The notes beneath the pieces are model-generated. The model saw only the letters and a list, made by a program, of their open reading frames with translations, ran no database searches and was not told the origin of the DNA. Positions 30,634-38,883 of a stretch of 64,000 nt of DNA are shown piece after piece. The stretch is from positions 61,095-125,094 of the IMG/VR virus record IMGVR_UViG_2808606540_000001; one strand, given 5' to 3'. The position numbers and the translations under genes were made by a program. Origin of the DNA: a virus. The first letter of the stretch is position 1, and each line of letters opens with the position of its first letter.

Positions 30634-32892
30634 TCACTCTCTCCATTTAACCAACTCATCTTCATCTGCTACAATGACAAATCCTCTTCCCTGTTTCTCC
30701 AACCAGCCTTCATCCACTAACTCCTTAACCAGATCAGACACAATATTTATCCTTATCCCCATTCTCTTCTGCAACTCGCTTATTCTCGTTTCCCCTTCAG
30801 TAGCAATTATCTTCTTTAATTGGTCAATTGGACTGACTTCCGGTTCAGTTTCAGGTAACTCGACATTTCTTACTTCAGTATCTTTGAATAATTTCTTCAA
30901 CTTTTCGTATATCTCCTCTTCCTCTTCTTTTACTAATGTTAGCAATGGTGACTGGAATCTTTCCAGATCCTTCATATTACCTTCTATTCTAGCTAATCCA
31001 TCTCCTAATCCTAATAATTTCTCTGCACCTACCGTGTCTAATACCGTCTTGCTGTCTACCCCGGAGGTAGTCTTAAATGCAATTCTAACTGGCATGTTCG
31101 CCTTAATTAATCCGGTCACTACGTCTACAGATGGTCTTTGTGTCGCTAATATAAGATGAACTCCTGCAGCCCTACCTTTCTGTGCAATCCTAACAATAAA
31201 GTCTTCTACACTTGCATTAACCATGATTAAATCTGCAAATTCATCGACTGCAACGATTACATATGGCATTTTTATGTCTGATTTCTTATTGTATACGCTA
31301 ATTTCCTTAACACCTGCAGATGACATTATTTCATAACGCCTATCCATTTCATTACACAATTTTTCAAGGAGGGTAGAAGCATTCTTCATTTCTTTTACAA
31401 TAGGTTTTACTTGTGGAAATCCTTCAAACAGAGTTAACTCGACCATTTTTGGATCAATTAAATACATATCCAATTCATCAGGTGAGACAGTAAGCAGCAA
31501 GCATAGTAATACTAATGTTAAAAACACTGACTTGCCACTTCCACTCGTTCCAGCAATAAGCATATGTCTGAATTTACTTAAGCATCCAAACATATATCCA
31601 CCGTTTACATTTTCTCCAATTATGAAGGGGAGTGGATTATTTTTTGCAAAGGTTTGAAACTCATCCGATTCTATCAACTTCTTGAAATAAACTACGTCTC
31701 TATCCTCCAATGGCATGTAGACATTTATTGAATCAGGTCTTTCTCCCATTTCAATATTGACCGATTTATTTCCTAATGCAGATTGAATGTCGTCCAACTT
31801 TTTACGAATTGTAGTAAACATGATGTCTGACGGTATTTCAAATTGTACTTTTAACAGTGTAGATCCCATGTGAGTTTCTATTATTTTAAAGCTTTTGTTG
31901 GATATTCCTACTCTTTTAAACGCATTGTTTATCCTTTTCGGTAAATCTGTGTCAATTTCTTTTGGTGTAGCATCTTTAAATGGTAATATTTTTGCTGCCC
32001 CCTGTAAGAACATGCTTTCTTCAAGGCTTGCGATAATACTTTGCTTCTTGACTGGCTTCATTACCTCCACGCTTTCTTCTGCTACAACAGGATTCTCATT
32101 ACATAGTAAATTAAATATTTCTTGCTGAGATAATAATTGATTAGTTAATTCTGTTCTAAATTCTCTTTGCTTTATCAAGTTAACAAGTGATTTCTGATTA
32201 TCCGCCTTTTTCAACTTGATTTCGTTAAATAAATTCACATTTTTTAGTTGTTTACTCACCTTTTTCTCAAAATAATCACTGTATTTTGATTCAAATAATA
32301 CAAATCTGCACTCAAACCTGAATATATTTGACAGTATTTTTTGCTCTATTTCTTCAATTGGCTCCCTATTGAAAGTAAAGTTACTGATTTTGTTGAGTAT
32401 ATTTAACGCTTTGATTTGAATATTCCTGACAACCTTAATGTCAGACACATGATCTATCCCTTTCCTGAAATCCTCATATTGTGAAATCGCTGCTTCTCTC
32501 CAATTATCTTGACGCTTACATATCAAAACCTGAGTTAAAACAGTTGCATTTTCTAATTTAGAAATGAAATCAAATAGGTCAGAAAAATACTTAATATCAA
32601 GTGGGAGAAAGAATGCTTTTGTTAATTCTAATTCATAAGTGACCACCTCCTTGTAGTTAATATCCCATAACTTATCCGTCACAGTGGCAAAGAGTTTATC
32701 AAAAGGAGGCGTTGTGACATACCTTTCGCTATATTCTGGAAGAGAAAATTGCTCTATAGTATAAACCCCTTCTGAAATAAATCTCGACTGTATGATCGCT
32801 TGAACCGTCTTAGAATCAATATTGTCAACTTCAAATACATTAGAGCTTTCGTTTACTATTGGCGTTTTATTTATAACCCTAGCTAAACTCAT
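30634..32892 (-). CDS. FtsK/SpoIIIE-family DNA translocase
   Basis: HMLIAGTSGSGKS, IDPKMVEL, VDEFADL, RAAGVHLILATQRPS, AEKLLGLGD, C-terminal gamma-like wHTH. Confidence 0.92.
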   Translation of the reverse strand: MSLARVINKTPIVNESSNVFEVDNIDSKTVQAIIQSRFISEGVYTIEQFSLPEYSERYVTTPPFDKLFATVTDKLWDINYKEVVTYELELTKAFFLPLDIKYFSDLFDFISKLENATVLTQVLICKRQDNWREAAISQYEDFRKGIDHVSDIKVVRNIQIKALNILNKISNFTFNREPIEEIEQKILSNIFRFECRFVLFESKYSDYFEKKVSKQLKNVNLFNEIKLKKADNQKSLVNLIKQREFRTELTNQLLSQQEIFNLLCNENPVVAEESVEVMKPVKKQSIIASLEESMFLQGAAKILPFKDATPKEIDTDLPKRINNAFKRVGISNKSFKIIETHMGSTLLKVQFEIPSDIMFTTIRKKLDDIQSALGNKSVNIEMGERPDSINVYMPLEDRDVVYFKKLIESDEFQTFAKNNPLPFIIGENVNGGYMFGCLSKFRHMLIAGTSGSGKSVFLTLVLLCLLLTVSPDELDMYLIDPKMVELTLFEGFPQVKPIVKEMKNASTLLEKLCNEMDRRYEIMSSAGVKEISVYNKKSDIKMPYVIVAVDEFADLIMVNASVEDFIVRIAQKGRAAGVHLILATQRPSVDVVTGLIKANMPVRIAFKTTSGVDSKTVLDTVGAEKLLGLGDGLARIEGNMKDLERFQSPLLTLVKEEEEEIYEKLKKLFKDTEVRNVELPETEPEVSPIDQLKKIIATEGETRISELQKRMGIRINIVSDLVKELVDEGWLEKQGRGFVIVADEDELVKWRE

Positions 32893-32901
32893 CTTATCTC
32901 C

Positions 32902-34164
32902 TCATTTCAATAAGTCTCCAACAAACCTGCGACCATTTTCCTTCCTTAACTTCTGAATTTGTGTTAACTTATTTTGTTTATTCTTCTTTATAACTTGAAG
33001 AGGCTTTAGATTCTTCAATGTGATTGTGTTGTAGATTCCCTTTGCCGAATTTTTATAGTCTGAGTACATTGTAGTCAAATCTCCATCCCCTCTTGAATAA
33101 GACCGGACAATTTGAGGTGGGGAGTATAGAGCATGTAGTGAACCAATGGTGATGAGCAGTTTGATTAGAAATAAATCAGGCGAGATGAATCGTGTTCCGT
33201 AAATAAATACTCCCATAAGTACAATAAAGGTAGCATAGACTAACTGGATGACTGATTTGCGTTTAATACTGTTCCACCACTGATCAAACATATGACTGTA
33301 CCTATCAAACATCCAAGCGGTTAGAGCTAAGGGTGTTACTGCTGCAAGACACAACAGGTCGAACCATCTGCGTCCATTCTGTAGGAGTATAGGAATTAGG
33401 AGTCCGAGTAGGGTGACATCAAAAAGTAGTAGAAGTAGAACATCCCATTCCCCAACGGAAACTATATTCGCAAATGTATCCCCGTTTAATACTACTCCAC
33501 CAACTTTTGTGATTCCTTTAGTTATCTTATTAATCATCTCAAAGGCTTTCTGGAATAAATAAGGGGCAAATCCAGCAACTCCTATTGCTATTGGCATTCT
33601 TTTTAGGATTGTAGGAAAATCTGTGTGCTTTTTCTTTAGCATTTTCATTATCATTTCGTAAACGGTGAGTAAGACAATAATACTAACTGAAATCATTGAG
33701 AATGTTAGGGAGGTATTTTTAATGTATGGATTATTGAAGATCATAAGTGGAGTATGCAGTACAACATTGACCAAAGTTTCGTAAGTAAATGACAGTAAAT
33801 CGAGTGACCATTGATAAATATGTTCTTTAATATTCCGTACCCAATCTATTGCTGAGTTAATGTCTTTTACAAATTGGCTGATTTCAGAAAGTGATCCTCC
33901 TCTGTTCTCAATTGCTTCCCTTGAAAAGATTCCATTTCTTACATCACCTCTTGATGTAAATGGTTCCGCATGTGCGAATCCAGAAAACAAGAATAATGAC
34001 GAAACTGCAGTCGCAGGTATAGAGATTCCTTTGAAGAAAGCTAGAATGGCTTTAGGAACATCTGAAAATTTCCCAGAAGTAAAGTGACTACGTAATACAG
34101 TAAGAAGATTAGAGGTGTTGAGATTAACACTTGAAGAAATCCTTTTATAATGTCTGTCGTCCAT
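32902..34164 (-). CDS. Polytopic membrane protein, TrbL/VirB6-like
   Basis: About 6 TM segments; RRWFDLLCLAAVTPLALTAW pattern typical of VirB6-like proteins; directly upstream of FtsK. Confidence 0.5.
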   Translation of the reverse strand: MDDRHYKRISSSVNLNTSNLLTVLRSHFTSGKFSDVPKAILAFFKGISIPATAVSSLFLFSGFAHAEPFTSRGDVRNGIFSREAIENRGGSLSEISQFVKDINSAIDWVRNIKEHIYQWSLDLLSFTYETLVNVVLHTPLMIFNNPYIKNTSLTFSMISVSIIVLLTVYEMIMKMLKKKHTDFPTILKRMPIAIGVAGFAPYLFQKAFEMINKITKGITKVGGVVLNGDTFANIVSVGEWDVLLLLLFDVTLLGLLIPILLQNGRRWFDLLCLAAVTPLALTAWMFDRYSHMFDQWWNSIKRKSVIQLVYATFIVLMGVFIYGTRFISPDLFLIKLLITIGSLHALYSPPQIVRSYSRGDGDLTTMYSDYKNSAKGIYNTITLKNLKPLQVIKKNKQNKLTQIQKLRKENGRRFVGDLLK

Positions 34165-34565
34165 TCGCTTGCTTCTTTTTTCTTTCTTAACTGTCTCATT
34201 GTTCCTGCTGCAATCAACAGGAGAACTGATAACAGGAGTGATCCTCTTATTGCTAAATTGATTAATTCCATGATTGGCTCCACTAAATCTACAGGTAATC
34301 CTGTTGTGGCTAATTGTGGTGTCTGTGTATTTAATGTTGCTGCCATTGATTTTGATGTTAATGTTAGGAAACTTGCTGCCGTTGTTAAGAATATTCTTGC
34401 GGTTCTGATATAATCCTTCCTCTCCTTTTTGGAGAGACTCCTCACCTCCTCTACGTTTATTTGAAGTGAAAAATTTACATCTTGATTAACCTTGAATGTG
34501 GAAAGGTGATATTTAAGATAAGTTTCGGGCTTTTTCACGCAAAGATTCACCGTTAGAGTTGTCAT
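34041..34565 (-). CDS. Membrane protein, possibly VirB2/pilin-like
   Basis: Internal signal-like segment (KSMAA) then two TM helices separated by a basic loop; AAGGTGA RBS before MTTL. Confidence 0.45.
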   Translation of the reverse strand: MTTLTVNLCVKKPETYLKYHLSTFKVNQDVNFSLQINVEEVRSLSKKERKDYIRTARIFLTTAASFLTLTSKSMAATLNTQTPQLATTGLPVDLVEPIMELINLAIRGSLLLSVLLLIAAGTMRQLRKKKEASEWTTDIIKGFLQVLISTPLIFLLYYVVTLLLGNFQMFLKPF

Positions 34566-34695
34566 TTTTATCACCTTTCTTCTTGAATTTAAATTCAACT
34601 TCATGAAAATACTTCATTAATCCACTTGCTCCAATCCCCAAACCACAAGCACCTGCCAACTTAACAACTGACATAACAATCAATGTTGTTCCCAT
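34513..34695 (-). CDS. Small membrane protein
   Basis: AAGGAGTG RBS before MGTTLIV; Gly-rich hydrophobic helix. Confidence 0.6.
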   Translation of the reverse strand: MGTTLIVMSVVKLAGACGLGIGASGLMKYFHEVEFKFKKKGDKNDNSNGESLREKARNLS

Positions 34696-34777
34696 GTTGT
34701 TCACTCCTTGTTGTTGATACTGTAGTATATTCAAAGATATTCGCCTAGAAAATTGTCCTATTCCATTAATGAAATTT

Positions 34778-35212
34778 TTATTCCGTTTTTGGAATCCGGT
34801 GCAACAGCCAATCCAAAGGAGGGCATCCCAATGTGATCCAAAGTTTTAGAAAGTGATCCAATGATGGCTGATTCTTATTCTTAATGTAATTATTGATATT
34901 AGATGGGGCTATACCTGTTTGCTCAGATAGTTGCACTTGTGTCATTCGCTTCTGTTCAAGTAACTCATGCAGCCTATTCTGAAGCATCTCATTGGAATTG
35001 AGTTTACTTATACCTGATAAATCAACTGTCCCTTTTATTTGTCTGAGATAGTAGCAGACACAGCCAACAACAAATTCTTCGACATTTGCATAACTGTCTT
35101 TATCCTCAAACAACAAATCCTTCAGGTTCTTATACTCAACTATCTTCCTGATGTCTTCTGCAATGTCTTTCCTTAAATGGATAACAACCCTTTCGTACTC
35201 CATGTATAACAC
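34778..35212 (-). CDS. Regulator with C-terminal XRE HTH
   Basis: MTQVQLSEQTGIAPSNINNYIKNKNQPS. Confidence 0.75.
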   Translation of the reverse strand: MLYMEYERVVIHLRKDIAEDIRKIVEYKNLKDLLFEDKDSYANVEEFVVGCVCYYLRQIKGTVDLSGISKLNSNEMLQNRLHELLEQKRMTQVQLSEQTGIAPSNINNYIKNKNQPSLDHFLKLWITLGCPPLDWLLHRIPKTE

Positions 35213-35264
35213 ACCTTTCTGTAGGACAAGATATAGTAAACGTTATTAGTGGAGGACTTCTAAT

Positions 35265-35345
35265 ATGTCTAAACGAGAAGATGCAGATCGACTTATAGAT
35301 GAAATAATTGACAGCTCAAGAGACAATGACGACAGGGAGAGATAA
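35265..35345 (+). CDS. 26-aa charged peptide (MSKREDADRLIDEIIDSSRDNDDRER) with candidate sigmaF/sigmaG promoter
   Basis: GGAGG RBS at 35251; upstream GTATA-N15-GGACAAGATA. Confidence 0.45.
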   Translation: MSKREDADRLIDEIIDSSRDNDDRER

Positions 35346-35422
35346 ATATGACATGGTTCACTGATGACCGATTAGCTTGGAAAGTTGAATTTGAAAAGTT
35401 AACGAAGGTTGATTTTGACCGA

Positions 35423-36022
35423 TTAGGAATTGAAAAAGATAAATTGGAGGATATTCTGCAGAATCTTTACGACTGGAGAGTAATCAGATAGAGCTATAAA
35501 GTGAATGAAGTTAACTTTTAGGTCTGTCAAAGCTCCACCTAATAAATTCATATGTTGCTGAAAGTAATCAAAGAAACTAAGTTTAATTTCAACAGACTGC
35601 TGTACAAGTTGGTTTGCTGAATTATTCATATTCTGAATATCGTGAATATAAGGGGAAGGGTTAATGAAAGCACCATCATCCCCTCTTAATCCAAAATGCA
35701 AATGGTTTCCGTTCGCACCATAGACTGACCCACTGTGTCCACTTAACCCCAACACATCACCAGTGCGAACGGGATCTCCTTCTTTATATTCACCGAACTT
35801 TGATAAATGTCCGTAAATGGCGGTCTTGCCATCTTCCCATTTTACTTTGACACATTTTCCTGCATTAGAATTTCCGTAGTCGATGATTTTCTCTACAAAC
35901 CCGTTTCTAATCGACCTCAACGGTGTTCCTTCTGGCATCGCAAAATCTATTCCGTTGTGACCTGAATTTCGGAAGGTCTCTCGTTGACCAAATGATGAGG
36001 TTATTTTATACACACTAACCAA
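35423..36022 (-). CDS. M23-family cell-wall peptidase
   Basis: ITSSFG, HNGID, YGHL, HLHF motifs. Confidence 0.9.
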   Translation of the reverse strand: MVSVYKITSSFGQRETFRNSGHNGIDFAMPEGTPLRSIRNGFVEKIIDYGNSNAGKCVKVKWEDGKTAIYGHLSKFGEYKEGDPVRTGDVLGLSGHSGSVYGANGNHLHFGLRGDDGAFINPSPYIHDIQNMNNSANQLVQQSVEIKLSFFDYFQQHMNLLGGALTDLKVNFIHFIALSDYSPVVKILQNILQFIFFNS

Positions 36023-36052
36023 CTCACTTTTATCAGTATAGTTAAATCTAAG

Positions 36053-36172
36053 ATGATTACCCGGAAAGTGAAAAGAGTTAAATTATGATTACCGGGTATC
36101 GGGTAAGTTACCGAAGGGCGGTAATGATCATGGGTAACGTAAAGTACAAGTAATGGGTAACGATCGGGTAAT
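36053..36172. repeat. Cluster of GGTAA/TTACC repeats between the tubulin gene and the M23 gene
   Basis: Eight copies (36057, 36089, 36102, 36108, 36120, 36133, 36156, 36167), including 2x ATGATTACC and 2x ATGGGTAACG. Confidence 0.7.
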
Positions 36173-36200
36173 AAAGAACAGTTATTCTAGAATAATAGAC

Positions 36201-37322
36201 CTAGCGTTTAAATTTACTAATCAGACTGCTTATATCCTTCACCTTACCTTGTCTCTGAGTGTTGTTTATTGTTGGGCTACTATGAGTCAAATGATTCGAT
36301 TTGAACGCCACAGGCTCGTTTATAGAGCTTAAAACAGCACTGGTATTAGTCAGTGAATCATCTATCTGCTTAAGGCGTGTATTGCACCAAGGCAAGCCCG
36401 ATAGGACTGTGATGACTCTACCCCTGTCCCCTGTGTAATAGCCCTCAAATAGACTTATAGGCATCTTATTTTGGAAGTTATTGAACACCTTCTCCATGTT
36501 AATCATTTCCATGAGTCTTTCCTGACCATCAAAGATGAATCCTGCACTGACTACTCTCTCCACTTCTACATCTGCAAAGAATGAAGTAATCCAAGATTCT
36601 TTAATCCTGTTGGCAAATCCTATTTCACTACTGTCGTGCTTAGGTGATAAAGCACTCAGGTCAGTTTCCCCTATAGTTGCCATTCCGGGTTGAGAAAAAA
36701 TTGTCTTCAGATCCTTCTTATCTAATATTCCATATTTAGAATGTCTGTCTGTGTAGGAAATCAATGACTCAATTAAGTCAACTGTTCGCTCATTCACCTT
36801 TTTATACAATTGATTTTTGCCATAGTTAGGAATAGTTGATTTAGCCTTCTCATTGTCTATAGGAAGTATCGAGATTCCAAGTTGGGATAAGTCCTCAAAT
36901 GTCTCTAATGCATTCCGTTGATTCGTATAAGCTTCCTTTAAGTCAGGTAAAATTGGAGCTGCTACAAATATTTTCTCAGGCATTGCTTCTGTAAGGAGAC
37001 TTAATAATACCGGAGCCATTCCTGCCCCACTTCCTCCTGCACATGAGAAAGGAACAAGTATAATTTCAACTGATGAATGTGAGAAGTTTTCCTTTACAAA
37101 GTTGACTGCTAAATCCCAGTTATTATTCATGAGAGATAATGCATCTGCTCTCTGCTTACCTATCCCCTCACTCCCAATTAACTTGAGGCGTTTTTCTACA
37201 TGTTCAAGGGAGTTTAGATCAGTTGATGAAAAGTTAATGGCTGCAGTATAGAAGCCCCTCTTAGCAAACTCATCAGCAATATTACCTCCAGCTTGCCCTA
37301 AGCCGATAACAGATAAATACAT
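36201..37322 (-). CDS. Tubulin/FtsZ-family GTPase (TubZ/RepX-like)
   Basis: GLGQAGGNIA, AGGSGAG signature loop, IDNE, LDKKDL T7-like loop. Confidence 0.88.
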   Translation of the reverse strand: MYLSVIGLGQAGGNIADEFAKRGFYTAAINFSSTDLNSLEHVEKRLKLIGSEGIGKQRADALSLMNNNWDLAVNFVKENFSHSSVEIILVPFSCAGGSGAGMAPVLLSLLTEAMPEKIFVAAPILPDLKEAYTNQRNALETFEDLSQLGISILPIDNEKAKSTIPNYGKNQLYKKVNERTVDLIESLISYTDRHSKYGILDKKDLKTIFSQPGMATIGETDLSALSPKHDSSEIGFANRIKESWITSFFADVEVERVVSAGFIFDGQERLMEMINMEKVFNNFQNKMPISLFEGYYTGDRGRVITVLSGLPWCNTRLKQIDDSLTNTSAVLSSINEPVAFKSNHLTHSSPTINNTQRQGKVKDISSLISKFKR

Positions 37323-37606
37323 TATGCATTTCTCCTCTCATATATAGTGTGAATGGCATTCTGACCATATTCAGTAACGAACATTAGATGCTCCTTGCTC
37401 CCTGATACAATTTCAATGAAATTCATTGCTTCAAGTCTATAGAGGATTTTTCTAAACTTAGCTTCACTTAATTTTGATTCCTCCTGTACCTCTTTCTTAG
37501 TTCTTGCTGAGAATCTGTTCGAAGCTTCATTACTGGTAAGGGAATTAAGAATCTCAATTTCTTCTAAACTTAGTCTTTCTGTTAGAGATAAGAAATACCT
37601 ATCCAT
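37322..37606 (-). CDS. Winged-helix DNA-binding protein, TubR-like adaptor
   Basis: 94 aa wHTH pattern (LSEAKFRKILYRLEAMNFI...VTEYG); stop overlaps the tubulin start. Confidence 0.6.
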   Translation of the reverse strand: MDRYFLSLTERLSLEEIEILNSLTSNEASNRFSARTKKEVQEESKLSEAKFRKILYRLEAMNFIEIVSGSKEHLMFVTEYGQNAIHTIYERRNA

Positions 37607-37797
37607 GAATATCCTCCTTTATCATTTAAGATATTTGTAGATATTTAAATATCTGGGCTTACTTGAAACCATTATATGCCAAAGTTGATAAAAGTTACAA
37701 CTAAAATTGATAAATTTATCATCTTTTATTAGGGTATTAAACAATTAATGACTATGTAATTGTTATTTGGTATCCTATTTATATAGAACAAAGACGG

Positions 37798-38043
37798 GTG
37801 ATTATATTGAAGATAAGAGTTAGAAGTAACCTTGGAGAGTATTTAAGAAATCGGGGTATTAAGAAAGTGTGGCTGGCTAATCAGATCGGTGCTGATAACA
37901 GTCAGCTAAATAGATGGTGTAAAAATGATACTAAAGGAGAAGCATTCAGTACCCCTTCCGTTGCGTACCTACTGAGGATCAAGAGAACACTCGATTGTAG
38001 GCTAGAAGATATATATGAGGAAATACCGGACGAATCAGAATAA
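37798..38043 (+). CDS. Cro/XRE-family HTH protein
   Basis: SNLGEYLRNRGIKKVWLANQIG...QLNRW...PS....RI...LDCRLEDIY. Confidence 0.75.
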   Translation: MIILKIRVRSNLGEYLRNRGIKKVWLANQIGADNSQLNRWCKNDTKGEAFSTPSVAYLLRIKRTLDCRLEDIYEEIPDESE

Positions 38044-38098
38044 ATGGTTCGTCTTTGCTATGTATGATTAATAGTTTGAAATATTTATAAAATATATC

Positions 38099-38127
38099 TT
38101 GATTAATACAAAACAAACTAATATAAT
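38099..38127 (+). promoter_or_regulatory. sigmaA promoter TTGATT-17-TATAAT containing the repeated operator-like motif AAAACAAACTAAT
   Basis: Upstream of the genes leading to yonO; same motif at 5696, 12364, 21731, 22489, 30439. Confidence 0.75.
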
Positions 38128-38144
38128 TAAGACAAGGAATTAAA

Positions 38145-38681
38145 TTGATTGACCGGGAGGTGAGAACAGTGTTGGAGAAAGTAAGTTTTCGTACATCTGA
38201 TGTGATTGCATATTTGGAAGAAAAGATTGCAATGGGATTAGCTACTCAAGCAGAAGATGATCTATACAGTGAGTACAAGTGGAGCGATAAGGTTAATAAG
38301 AAGGATTATGCATTTAAAAGATTGCTTAGGGAAATGAGAAATACATATTTAGGTGAGTTTTAATATAAAATAATTATACATAACCATTTTAATAATAAGG
38401 GAGAGTTATAGATGGCTGGTTATCCTAGAGATGAGCAAGAAACTGTTTTAGTATTTGAAGTAGAAACTGGTAAGTGGATGGTTTACTCTACAGTACCGAA
38501 GCATATTAGAAAACTGATGAAATTAGGTGAAATGGAGGTTACTCATTATGATGAAGACCGTCCAATTGCAATTAAAGGTAAGTTAGAAGAAAAACAGGTG
38601 TCAATGAAAAAAGTTAGGGAGTATTCTGAAGAGCAGCGAGCAAAAATGAGTGAACGAAGTAAGGCAATGCGTGCCAAATAA
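38145..38681 (+). CDS. Two small hypothetical proteins (38145/38169-38363, 38412-38681)
   Basis: ORF track with RBS. Confidence 0.65.
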
Positions 38682-38883
38682 TACATAATGAATAAATCAA
38701 TGAATTGTTAAAGAAAAATTAATTACATACTCATATAGTGTAATTGGTCTAGGGAGATATTTCTTTCTGACTTTTTACACGTACAGTAAGAAAAAATAAG
38801 CTTAGAATTTAAATAAGGGGAGAACAATCTTATTGAAGGTCTATAGGTGCAAATATTATGAAATCACGAAGGGAGTTACTTAA

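Noticed and set aside
36201..37322. Host cell-division ftsZ
   Set aside because: Divergent signature, coupled to a wHTH gene, no dcw context; fits TubZ/RepX-like proteins.
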